Assembly: GCF_000143415.4 (NCBI RefSeq) | Contig: NW_003314274.1 | Location: 1,763,767-1,827,766 of the forward strand | From: Selaginella moellendorffii | Lineage: Eukaryota > Plantae > Lycopodiophyta | DNA: 64,000 nucleotides | Reading direction: 5' to 3' | Shown here: positions 25,662 through 37,767 of the stretch, one piece after another | Numbering within the stretch: position 1 is the first letter of the stretch | Layout: each line of letters opens with the position of its first letter | The notes under the pieces: generated by a model | Database searches by the model: none | What the model was told of the DNA's origin: nothing | What the model saw: the letters and a program-made list of their open reading frames with translations, nothing else | Position numbers and translations under genes: made by a program

Positions 25662-28600
25662 TCATGCAGCGGATTCTACAGAATCCGCTGTTTGGACGGA
25701 TCCCGCCACCGTGAGAAGATAGTCACAGTACTGGCTGCTCTGGTGCTTGGACCGGACTTCCGTGACAATTTCCACGACCAAAGCGGGGCGTTTTACTGCG
25801 CAAACCTCGACAGCTTTGCAAACCGACTCCTGTGGAGAGAAGTTGCTTAGGCTAAATGACTGCAAATTATTGCTTGATAGTACCTTGATTTGCTGGTTCT
25901 GGTCGTCCATGTGTAGGACGAGACTGCTTAGACAGCTCTTGAGCTGCAGCGTTCAGAGGTAAGTATCATGGAACAAAATTCGATTTTATCCCACCTCTGT
26001 GCCAGGGTATGCCGGAGGAAGCGTGCTCAGAAAGAGGGACAACGATCTTAATATCCCAAGACGGACGCCATCATTGCTATCGTCAAGTCGCTTTTGGAGA
26101 ACTGCTCCGATCTTAACTCGGTAGTCATCTGTAGGAAAGCACGGACGATCGTAAGAAGCAAGGCCTACATTTGAAAAGCTACCTCTTAAACTGTTTCCGG
26201 CAATGCGAATGATGTTCTCCATGACATGACAAGTAACTCGTCGCGTATCAACGTAGAAATCTTCCTCCAGACAGGATATGACAACAGGCAACGTTTCCCC
26301 CGTTTCCAGGATGTCATTCAGATCTTTCTGAAAGACGAATGTAAACATCAAAGTCATATGTTAAAGGAAGCACTTACTTGAGTACAAAGACCGCGTCTTA
26401 AATACGTCCCAACTGCAACCATAGCCGCATGTCTGACTGCAGCTCCAACCTGTAACAAGCGCTTTAATCATCTGAAATCCGTTCCCGAATGTCCAACCTT
26501 TCCTGCTTGCCATATGCCGCATGGAATCAAAACACTGACAATGACTTCCTTTGCTAAGGAGCTCCACCAAGATTCAAGGCCAGAAGTTTCAAATAAGTCG
26601 TCCAAAAGCTAAAGCCATGGAAATATCAGCAAGTTACATACAAACTTCAATACTTACATGCAAAAGAGAAAGACGCAGAGAAGGATCTCTTTGGGGTTTT
26701 AGACAGCTCGCAATAATTGGAAGTATCTCCGCTAGATATGAGCCGGCCTGCAGACAGTAAAGTAAGCACAAGTTCGTTCACATGGTTTGATCAAAGTACT
26801 AAATGGCCAAGATTCTTCAATACGGCTTCAAAAAGATGTCGCCCTGGCGAGTTTCCTAGCCATTCCTCGTGTCGAAGGATTGCTCGATCAATCAGGTCCC
26901 TTGTGTGACAAGCATACAGCTGCTCCAATGACTCGTAGCCAGTGACATGAGCAAAGGTTTCTATCAAAGAAGCAGCATCCTGGTGTAGTTTGGCATCATC
27001 TTGAATACATTGAAGCTGCATCAATAATCAAGTCAGCAAAGAACAACATTCTTCAAACAAACCTGTAACAATAAAATCAACATCTCTTTCGAAGAGACTC
27101 TGGATATCGGGCCCGCTTTTACGACAACATTGGTTAAAACAGCCAAAAGCTACAAGAAGAACAGCGTCAGAGAGTGGAACCAAGGAAAAAATATTTCGAA
27201 TCAAGAACCTGTCGTCGTACTGCTAGGCTTTCATCAAAAGACAAATTAGCGTGACATAGCCCTTGCAAAATCTGCAAAACGGAACGGTTAAGTTGTCCTA
27301 CACGAGGCAATTGCATAATACCTGAATAACCAGGCCTTCATGAACATTCTCGTTCGGCGTACCATAAAGCAAGCCAGCGAATACGACTAATCCATTTGCT
27401 CTCTGCAGTTTCCAAGCATGCACTCAAGTGTTTCATATAAACTGTAGCCATACTTGCAAAGCTGTAGACCGATCGCTGATTATCGAATCCATGATAAGAT
27501 CCAACCAATGCTCCGGAGCATTGTTAAACCCCAATATTTGCGAGGATTTTACTACGTGTTGTGCTACTCGAACATCGTCATCTGCAACAGCACTGAATGC
27601 AAATACTAGCTTTTCAAAAGTTAAACTCCAAAATAAGAACCTGCAGAGGGAAGGAATGAGAACATCCAGGTGTCGAGAGGAATGACTTTCTGCGAACACC
27701 TGTTAGAAAAGAAACATGGTAAGGAATAATCACAAGAAAGAGAAATAATCGTTACCAGAGTAGTTTGCAAAAGTCGAGCAGCACCCAAGCGCGTAGTAAC
27801 TGTCCAATCACGAAAATCCTTCGAACAGTCGTAAACTATTTGCTTGAGGTGTCGCTAATATAAGTTGATGGTAAGAAACAACTTATGACAGCACAAAACT
27901 GATAAACCTGTATCATTAAGCGTGAGCCATAGCCAGGCTCTGTTTCGAAAGGTAGTGGAAGAACATTAGAATCATGCCTCCAGGTCTGTAAGTTCAACGT
28001 TATTACATAAGTGACACAACAAACGTTACCTTCTCTTGCACCGAATCATGAGCATTCCAGTGCTTGTAAACTTCACCTACACGATAAACCATTGCCAAAG
28101 TCGAGGTAGAAATCTCTGGTGAGTCATCTCCAATTCCAAGTAGAAGCAACGGCAAGAGCAACGGCATATAGGCCGTCTGATTCTTTGTTTCAGTCATTGG
28201 GCATGTTTCATCTGGCTCATACCCAAGCCATAGAGCAACATACTCAAAAAAGACCTGCGTACAAAGGATCTAAACCTCTGAGAGAGAGAAAAAAAATGGC
28301 TTATTTACCTTTCTCACTGCATCGGAATGATCAAATGCAACCGCTTTGACGCCCGGAGCAACGTGTTGGGCAATCATACCAGCCGGCAAACCGCATAAAA
28401 CAACGTCATTGAGTGCAGATACAACCGCAGATCGCACCTGTGCAAAACATATCAGTTAAACTTTCTTTTGCAGACATCTCTACAAACCCGTGAGTGAGCG
28501 TGCAAAATATTCGGAAGTAACGCGTGCAGTATAGCATCTGCATTCTCGCCTAAAACATCAGGTGCACGACTGCATAGTCTAGACAGCAGCGCACAAGAAG

Positions 28601-29397
28601 CTTTTTTAATTTCGTGAAAAGAATCCGACAACGTCACGCAGATTACCTGCAAAAGCAGCCAATTACAACACAAAAGAGAAAGAACACTAACGCTGACCCT
28701 TGTTATGTGCTCAGAGAACTCACGAACGCTCTCCACTGAGCACTGACAAATTATAGCATTGAGCAAGTTGATTAAACTTAGACGTATCTCTTCGGAATGT
28801 TCAAGCACTGGAAGCTGCCCTGCCACAAATTTTCCAGATTAAAGAAAAAGGGAAAAATCATCACAGGACGTGATTACCAGTCCGCTCAGCTATTGCAGGA
28901 ACCATCAAAAATGTTGTTTGCTCCACCTGGATCAAAAACTTTAGTACAAAAGTATTGGAATCTAAGAAACATACCTCTGCTAAAAGCTTCACAACTCTAG
29001 AAATCATGTTCACGGCAGCTTCTCGACACCTCTCCACGGGGTCGTGAAGGTTTCTTACGACCAGCTTCAGTATCGTCTCGTCCCAAACAATCTAAAACAT
29101 CAACAAAAGATTTTTTGCTTGGGAGATAAAAAGAGGAAAGAAAAAATACCTGGAGCATAGCTGGAGAACGAGACTCGATAACAAGAAGCTTGTCAAGGCG
29201 CTCCAATGCCTTTCGCCTGGTGTTTCGATCCGGGTCGGAGAGGCAGTTTAAATCTCTCTGGATCGTCTGGAAGTATGAAAATCCACTACTGGAGCTCAAT
29301 TACCATGGCGCGATTCAATGCGATCGCTTACCTGGACGAAATCCGCGGCAGCTATGGCTTGATCGACCGCATTCGAGGGAGCGTCATCGGCATCCAT
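25662..29397 (-). CDS. DNAAF5: Dynein axonemal assembly factor 5 (HEAT-repeat protein HEATR2), many short introns
   Basis: MDADDAP..FVQ|TIQRDLNCLSDPDRNTRRKAL, EHSEEIRL, DSFHEIKKASC, LLPLLLLGIGDD, DWTVTTR, LQKRLDDSNDGVR, LIHMDD..IK, VRSKHQSSQYCD. These match the HEATR2/DNAAF5 pattern from memory. Confidence 0.85.
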
Positions 29398-29504
29398 CGC
29401 GAAGAGCAAAATCCCTGCTAGGTAGGCTTAGGGCAAAGAAAATTTTAGAGGAAGAACAAAAACGAACAGTAAAAATATGTTCTTCTAGGTGTTCTTTGTG
29501 AGCT

Positions 29505-30620
29505 ATGGAGTCTCCGTTTAACAGCGAGGCGCTCCAGGGCAAGGTAGCACTCGTCACTGGGGGAGGATCTGGGATAGGGTTTGAGATTGCCACGCATTTT
29601 GGCAAGCATGGAGCGAAGATCGCCATCATAGGACGCCGGAAATCGGTGCTCGATGAGGCTGTGGAGAAGCTATCCTCGCAATCCATCCAGGTAAGTTTCA
29701 AAGGGATCAATGAGCTTTGAGCTGGATTATCCCAGGCATTGGCAATCGAGGGGGACGTCCGCAAGGAAGAAGACGCAAAGAGGGCGCTCGATTCGACAGT
29801 AGCGAAATTCGGGAAGCTTGATATTCTGGTGAATGGAGCTGCGGGAAATTTTCTCTGCCTTGCCGAGGATCTCTCTGTCAACGCATTTAGAACAGGTAGA
29901 CGCGATTCTTCTTTCTTTTCTTTCTTTTTCTTTCTTTTTCTTTTCTTTGGTTTCATCAGTTCTAACACTTAGAAAAAAATTGCAGTTCTTGAGATTGATA
30001 CTGTTGGTACGTACAACATGAGCCACCATGCCATGCATTACTTGAAGAGCGGCGCGCCAGGAAAGAAATCCGGTGAAGGTGGTCTCATAATCAACATAAC
30101 AGCCACTCTCCAATTCTCCGCGGCGTGGTTCCAGACTCATCTAGTTGCAGCAAAGGTAAGAGCTCGATCTAATATACCGTCTAAAAGAGTTTGCATTTTC
30201 GTTTTTTCAATCCAGGCAGCGATTGACAGCATGACAAGAAACTTGGCCCTTGAATGGGGAAAAGATTATAACATCCGAGTGAATGCTATTGCTCCAGGAC
30301 CGATCAAAGACACTCCAGGAATGTCTAAGCTTGCTCCTGACGAGATAAACATTCGAGACAGTCCTCCTTGGGGAGAGAAATGGGACATTGCCATGACTGC
30401 CATTTTCCTAGCGTCAAGTGCTGGTATGTTGGTTTTGCGATGGCTTTTGTTAACTCTTTCGTTTTAACCAGGCAAGTATGTAAATGGAGCGATTATTCCT
30501 GTGGATGGTGGAGCCTGGTTTCACAGACCTCCACACTTTCCAAAAGAAACCATTCGTTCGTTGTCGAGAGTGGTGGAGAAGAGATCACGAGTCGGTTCTA
30601 ATACCAAAAGCAAGCTGTAA
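29505..30620 (+). CDS. SDRb/DECR2: Peroxisomal 2,4-dienoyl-CoA reductase (SDR family)
   Basis: GKVALVTGGGSGIG, LDILVNGAAGNFL, NLALEWG..IRVNAIAPGPI, WGEKWDIAM, VDGG. C-terminal PTS1 SKL* (AGC AAG CTG TAA, 30609-30620). Confidence 0.93.
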
Positions 30621-30822
30621 GTATACGATAAACTTGTTTAAAATAACACAGTTCTTTCGCAATATAACACCATTTTTATTTTTATTTTAACTCGGTTTTT
30701 TTTTTTCCTGCTGATATATATTTTGCGTGTGAGTTTGAAGTTGACTTGAGCGTGGAAGCATGGATTGTGGGAGTAGCCATCGATTAGCCAAGGTACTCTT
30801 TGCTAAATACTCCAGTAACATA

Positions 30823-32024
30823 CTAACTTCTTGACTCGCAGGTGAACGAGGCTGTGAAAGAGTTCGTGCCGAAAGACGAGTTTTTTTGCTTCCTGGTCCC
30901 CCAAGAAGGCGTACTGTCCGTAATGAGTTCGTCAATCGACTTCTGAAACCTTGCAAGGCTGTTGCTGTCTTGAAGGCCTACAAGAAACTTTGTTACGGTT
31001 TGCATGGTGGGCCTCGCTTCTGGTAGTTCATCGCAGCAGGACATGGCCATCTCCATTACAGAAAGCATTTGGTCCTGACAGAGCAGTTCCTGCTGCAGCT
31101 GTGGATCCAGAACATCAGTCCAGCGACCGCTCTCGAGAGCTCCTTTCGTCCAGTCTCGCAAAGTCAGGCCATCACCGAACTCAGTGCTCGTTGGAGACTT
31201 TCTGGTTAGAAGCTGCAGCATCACGATTCCAAAGCTGTAAACATCTGCTTCTGGCGATGGTTTCTCGCCTAAGAAAACCTCTGCAGCAAAGGTAACAAAT
31301 GCCGTTTTCAGTACGTAACGCTCTAAAATCTTTGCGTTTTACCTGGAGCAGTGTAGCCTGGCATGAGCAGGAAACTGGTGATTCTCTTCTTCTGCCGCAA
31401 CTGCTGCTCGACAGCTTTGGCGAAGCCAAAGTTTCCGATGTGTGCCTCAAACTCGTCATCGAGCAGAATGTTGCTGGGATTTAAGTCGCAGTGGACGAAC
31501 TGCTGCTTGCAGTTGTGATGCAAGTAAGTGAGGCCTTGCGCAACTCCTACGGCTATCTTGTACCTCTTGCTCCAGTCGAGACTAATGTAAGTGTGCCTCT
31601 GCTGCAGCTTGCTGTGGAGGCTTCCCTTGGGCATAAACTGGACAATGACCGCCATGAAGTCGAGATTCGAGAAGTAGCCGAGAACTGGCAAGATGTTCCT
31701 GTGCCTGATGCGTCCCAGGACATGCAACTCCGTGAAGAAGCTCTTGTGTCTCACGGGACGTAGCTCTCGTCTTCCAAGCTCCAGCTTCTTGACAGCCACA
31801 ACGTTTCCGTCAGGAAAGACGCCCTTGTACACGGTGCTGAAGCTCCCCCTGTCCAGGATGTTGCTACTGCTAAAATTCCCGGTAAGCGCCAGGAATTCGC
31901 TCTCGCTAAACTTAAGCATCTGTGGCAGCCGGAAGTAAGAAGAGCTATCATCGCCATCGTCGTCGAAATCGCCGCTGCGCATCGCTGCGTGAGAGATGAA
32001 GCTGGGGAAGAACTGTGCAAGCAT
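30823..32024 (-). CDS. Receptor-like cytoplasmic kinase resembling FLS2/LRR-XII kinase domains, probable pseudokinase, two exons
   Basis: FSSSNILDRGSFSTVYKG, VAVKKL, RHRNIL, HCDLNPSNILLD, IGNFGFAK, PGYTAP(E), DVYSFG, PEARPTM. No TM or ectodomain seen. Start codon uncertain. Confidence 0.8.
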
Positions 32025-32721
32025 CGAGCTTAAGAATCGTCGCCTCTCGTTTGATCCGATCGTTGCGCTACGAGACGCGTTGAAAGTCCTCGTCAAGCAC
32101 AGGAACGCTTGGCTTTGTCGTCGGCCTTTACGTATTGTGTAAGTCGTTTGAAGCGATTCTTTCTAGATTTTCTCGTGTAAAAATGACGCCTTTGTTTTCT
32201 TCTTCTTCTTCCTTTCAGACCTCGAACGTTTTTTTTTTTCTTTTTTCTGTTTTCACTCCCAGTCACACGACGCGGTGCCAAAGTTCTTCACAACAACAAG
32301 TGGTTCTTCGCAAGACCCGCATCCCTTTCACACATTCAAATATTTGAATTGATTCCAATAGAATATGCGCGGCTTGTTTGTTGTGGGGTTGCGGTCGAAT
32401 ATTCCAGCACTGGAAAAGAAGGGAGGATTGAGAGAATTCTCTTTCACTCGTCTCCAGGCGCGGCAGATTGGAAGGCGCTTCTCTAGATCGCGTGGCGCCA
32501 CGGCGCTCGATCGAATGCCATAGCTCCAGGTAAGCGCTTGCGCCATTCCCTAAGCTTTCTGACCTAAATGCGTCCCTCCCGATGGATCCATGAGTGCCAA
32601 TGCTTCGTTGTCTCTTTCCTTTGCTCTAGAAATCCCTTGTTCTTGATTGTCCTGCCTTGATTTCCTTGGAGTTCTTTCTTATGCTTCTCTTGTTTGTAAT
32701 GCCAGCTCTTTGGAAGAATAA

Positions 32722-34219
32722 ATGGACGTAGCTCCTTTAGCTGGTGTCACTGGAAGGTATGTTGCTGCTGCTTCTTCTATTTTTTTTACTTTCTCCATCT
32801 TTTCTCAAAGTTGGCTTCTCTGGAAGCAACTCACAGGCTTTCTTGCCTCCAAACGAAATGTTGCGAAGCAAGCGTAAGATCGAAGAGGCAAAAGTTCCAA
32901 GTTTGCAATGGGCGATGCATTCCAAAGTCGTGCTCCGTGGTGGCGTTCCCTGCGACACGGCGGAGTCCGGCGTGTAGGTTTCTAGCTCTCTCCGTTCGTC
33001 TCACGGAAACGTCCGTGGTGCAAAGCACGTATGTCGAAGAGCCTCCAGAGCGGGAGGATCAAGACTACGACTTCGAGCAGATTGACTTTGCACAGAATGG
33101 AGCGTCTTCCAGCAGCACTGACATTTCCTCGGTCCCGTCGGATCGCGCCGAGGTACTGCCGTTCTTTTTCTTCTCCTTCCTTCGTCTAACAGGTTTTTTC
33201 TTCTCATTCTTAAGTTGCATGCCATAAGAACGAATTACATGAGGCAAAAGCTCTTGAGGAAACTTAGCGAGGTGAATCAATACAATCGTAGCCTGCAAAG
33301 AACGGTATGTATTTTTCTTCTCACTTTGGTGGATTTCTGCTAATGTTTTGACAGGTCCAAGAGTCGAATGATACGCTGCTCAAGTGCAAAGCGGAACTGG
33401 CGACGATGGAGCTAGAACTTGGCGTAAGAAAGAAAAAATCCACCATTTCCTTCTTTTTCATCCTTGATACCTTTTGTACATTACAGGTGCTTGTCAACTT
33501 GGCCCAAGAGGTTGCAAGGGAGGGAGGAAAGCTTGGATCTCGCAAAATCAATGGCAGATATATCCAGTCACACCTTGCTCACAGGCTCGAAGGTAAATTC
33601 TCGATAAGTTTTTCAGAAAAAAAGCGCTTCCCTTTTTTTTTCTCAGATATGCACAGTCGCTTGACATCACAAATCAGAGACGTGGATTCCGTGAGCTTGA
33701 GAGACGTTACACTAGAATGGTATGGAGTGGCAGAGGTACTAAAGTACTGCATTTGAGGAACTCTAGCCGAGCGAATCTATCCATTTATCGATTTTTCTCT
33801 ATTGTCTCAGGACGTGCGAGTGATGGGATCCTTCGATGGCTGGACCGAAGGCGAGAGTCTATCTCCAGAACACACTGGAACATACGCAAAGTTCTCAGGC
33901 CTTCTCAAGTTGAGGCCCGGCAAGTAAGTTTCAGATCTCTCTCTCGATTCTTATCTAAGATTTCGTTCTTTCGAATGGATTTTTCAAATTTTTTCTAGCT
34001 AGGATAGAGAAGTTCTTTTGATTTTGGATTGTTGCAGTTACGAGATTAAATTCGTAGCTAAGGATCAGATTTTTCTTAGAAGTTCTTTTGATTTTCGATT
34101 GGTTTTTCTCTTGCAGTTACCAGATTAAATTCGTGGTCGATGGAGTGTGGCAAGTTTCTCCTCAGCTAGCCACTATTGGCGAAGGCCTTACTGTGAACAA
34201 CTTACTTGTCGTGGAGTAA
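32722..34219 (+). CDS. PTST1: PROTEIN TARGETING TO STARCH 1 (coiled-coil plus CBM48), chloroplast
   Basis: KLLRKLSEVNQYNR, GSRKINGRYIQSHLAHRLE, V.LEWYGVAEDVRVMGSFDGWTEG, LKLRPG.YQIKFVVDGVW, NNLLVVE*. Confidence 0.9.
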
Positions 34220-34295
34220 AGTTAACTTTTACTCAGAGTGTTTAAAACGAATATACAATTTCTTTTGGAGGTATATTCCCGCTCAAGAACCCCAG

Positions 34296-34310
34296 TTAGG
34301 GTTAGGGTTT
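34296..34310. promoter_or_regulatory. Telo-box (AAACCCTA) promoter element upstream of CCT2
   Basis: TTAGGGTTAGGGTTT ends 23 nt before the CCT2 ATG. Telo-boxes are typical of plant protein-synthesis and folding genes. Confidence 0.6.
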
Positions 34311-34333
34311 ACACTCCAGTTCTTGCGACAGCG

Positions 34334-36484
34334 ATGGTGAGCGTTGTGACCATGTATCGCGTTTCCTGAGCGTTTTCTGGCAGGCCGATAAGCTCTTCAA
34401 GGATGACGCTGTGGAAGAGAAGGGCGAGCGCGCCAGAATGGTACTGTACTGCGGTTCTTAGATGTTTACCTGAGATTTCTTTGTGTTTAGGCGTCCTTCA
34501 TTGGCGCTTTGGCCATTGTGGATCTTCTCAAGACCACATTGGGTCCGAAAGGAATGGTAAGTGAGAATGCTAGTTTTTAGTGGCTGCGGAGTTTAATGCT
34601 TTCGTTTTTTCCTGAAACTAGGACAAGATCTTGCAATCTACTAGCCGGGGACACTCTGTGTCTGTGACAAACGATGGTGCGACGATCTTAAAGTCGCTGC
34701 ACATCGACAATCCAGCTGCCAAAGTCCTTGTTGGTAATGCCAAGAAGAGAGTGAAGTTTTGCGCTTTTTTTTCTCACTTGATCGTTTGTTTGATCCACAG
34801 ACATTTCCAAAGTCCAAGACGACGAAGTTGGAGATGGAACAACTTCGGTGGTGGTCTTGTGCGGGGAGCTTCTGCGTGAAGCAGAGAAGCTTGTGAACTT
34901 GAAGATTCATCCGATGACAATCATCGATGGTGAGCATCTGTGTGGCTTCCAGCGGATTGATTGACGGACGGTTTTGCAGGCTACAGGATGGCCGTTGAAT
35001 GTGCTCGTAGTGTTTTAGAGAAGAGGACCCGGGACAACAGAGCTGATCCAGGTCTGTTGGCACTGCTTCAATGTTTAGAGCTCAGTCTTGTGTTTGTCCA
35101 TTGCAGAAAAGTTTCGACAAGATCTTATCAATATTGCTATGACAACTCTGAGTTCAAAAATTCTTTCTCAGGAGAAAGAACATTTTGCCAATCTTGCTGT
35201 GAATGCTGTGATGCGATTAAAGGTAAGTCTTTGTCTACATGCATCTACTAATCAGGCCTCTGATAAAAGGGAAGCGGGAATCTAGAAGCCATTCAGATCA
35301 TCAAGAAGGCAGGCGGTTCCTTACAAGACTCGTTTTTGGACGAAGGGTAAACAAGTGTCTCTGTTGCATTCTCCTTTCTGACAATTTGTTTCGCTAGATT
35401 TATTCTTGACAAGAAGATCGGTGTTGGCCAGCCAAAATCGATACAAAACGCCAAGATTCTTGTTGCCAACACGGCAATGGACACGGACAAAGTAAAGATA
35501 TATGGCGCACGCGTCCGAGTCGATGCCATGTCGAAGATAGCGGAGATCGAGGCCGCTGAAAAGGACAAGATGAAGCAGAAAGTACAAAAGATACTGGCTC
35601 ATGGAATCAACTGCTTCGTTAACCGGCAGCTGATTTATAATTTCCCGGAGGAGCTGTTTGCGGATGCTGGCATAATGGCTATCGAACACGCCGACTTTGA
35701 GGGAATCGAGAGGTTGGCGCTGGTTACAGGCGGCGAGATTACATCGACATTTGACAATCCCGAGTCTGTTAAGCTGGGACACTGCGATCTCATTGAAGAA
35801 ATCATGATCGGAGAAGATCGACTTATTCGTTTCTCTGGCGTAGAAATGGGAGAAGCGTGCACAATAGTTCTCCGGGGTGCAAGGTATGCATTGCCTCTTT
35901 GTTCTTTGTGAATTCTAACTTTTTGGTTTTGCTTTTTTGTAGCACTCATGTCTTGGACGAAGCTGAAAGGTCCTTGCATGATGCACTATGCGTGCTGTGT
36001 CAAACCGTTCAAGACAGCAGGGTCGTTTGGGGAGGCGGATGGCCGGAGCTTTTGATGGCAAGGCATGTTGACGAGCTTGCCAGGAAGACCCCGGGGAAAA
36101 AATCACTGGCTGTAGAATCTTTTGCTGCTGCTCTCCGAGCAATCCCGGCCATCATCGCGGACAACGCTGGACTAGATAGTGCCGACTTGGTTTCACGCTT
36201 GAGAGCGGAACACTCCAAAGAGGATTGCATGTCCGGCATTGACGTGCTAACTGGAGGGGTAAGTGTTTTCTTATTAGAATTGAGTCTGTTTTGTAGCTAG
36301 AGTTGAGGGGGGTTGTTGACAAGCGCTGGCCATGCAGGTTGGTGACATGGAGCAGCTTGGAATTTACGAAGCTTTTAAGGTGAAACAGGCGGTGATATTA
36401 TCCGCAACCGAGGCTGCCGAGATGATCTTGCGTGTTGACGAGATTATAAAGTGCGCGCCTCGGAAACGCGAGGAAAGGATGTAA
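34334..36484 (+). CDS. CCT2: T-complex protein 1 subunit beta (CCT2)
   Basis: [100 protein letters not shown]. Confidence 0.97.
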
Positions 36485-36552
36485 TAGCTTTCTCTTTTTT
36501 GTCTTGGTTTCTTTAATCCATTTTTGTTGCTCATTGATATGAGAGCGTTGAG

Positions 36553-37620
36553 ATGTTTCGAGTCCGCAGCAGCGAGATGGTTATCATTCCAGTGCTGGTA
36601 ACTTTGCTCATCCTGTGGAAACTAATGTGCTCGTCACTGCGCAGCAAAAGGTCCATGTTCTTGAAAAGCTTAGATCCAATCCAACAGGCCTACACTCTGT
36701 ACGCGCTCACTGCCTTCGTGGAGTTTCCATTTCTAACGAACAACGCTCTCGAGTTCGCGCTCTTTCGTACGGTATGTGATCCCTTCCATCTCCAGCATTC
36801 TCGTTCGCACAGGACAGCTTACTGGTGCCACTGCCAAGCGAGCGGAGGAGACGGGCATAGTGTTCCAGGAACTGATTCTCCATGTCGACAGTCAGCGTGG
36901 ATCTTATGCCATTGGAACGGTGAACTTCGTGCATGGTCACTACAGGCCATCTTTACGCTCTCGCCCTCTTCGTTCTACAGCCTGCTGAGTGGGCCTCCAG
37001 GTGAGAGTTCTCTTCCTTGTTTCTTTTTCCTCTCTTTGGAAGTTTCTTTTTTGTCTTCAATCTTTTCCTCTTTGGCAAAACCCATGCTCTTTCTGACACG
37101 TTCTTCGTTTTTAGATTTGGCTTTAGAGACTGGACTGACGCCGAGAAGCTCGCAACTTACACATTATGGCACGATATTGGCATCGGCATGAGGATCAAAG
37201 GCATCCCCAGCACACTGCAGGAGCTCTCCGACTTCAAGGACGATTACGAGCGTAAAAACATGGTCTTTGCGAAAACCAACAGGGAAATTGTACCCCGGTA
37301 GAGCTGGTATTGTCTACTTTTCCATCTGTTCTAAAACCTCTGGGGAGAAGGCTTTCTTGGACAACCGGCTCCAAGAAGCTTTTGGCTACCGGAAGCAAAA
37401 CTTCGTCATCACACTGGTCGTGGAGATGCTGCTCAAGTTGGTGTTCCGGAGCTCAATATCGATGCTCATGCCTCCGAGACAACTCTCCTTCTCGACTGCC
37501 AAGATAGTTCCAGATTCAAGTGAGAATCCAGGATTGGACGACCCGGACAGTCTCCTGCCACTAAAGTATCACAGTTACAAGCCTGCTTCGGCTACCGCCT
37601 CAGCCAAGTTGGAGGCTTGA
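36553..37620 (+). pseudogene. MpaB/DUF2236 (ER-bound oxygenase / rubber-oxygenase-like) gene with frameshifts and one intron
   Basis: Reconstructed product: N-terminal TM, EFPFLTNNALEFALFRT/YVIPSISSILVRTGQL..AKRAEETG..AIGTVNFVHGHY/LYALALFVLQPAEW|RFGFRDWTDAEK..WHDIGIGMRIKGIP..DDYERKNM..TN. Frameshifts at ~36772, ~36950 and ~37295. Confidence 0.75.
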
Positions 37621-37767
37621 CACCGGAAGAATCTCCACGCCAACTTTTCCGGACCACTCTTGTGTCCACTTCGAAAGGCGACGTAAGTTGGCGGTGTCGT
37701 CTTCTGCCAGCCAAGTAACATCACACTAGAGAAGCAGCAGATAGGCAATATGCTTTTAGTTTCCGCC

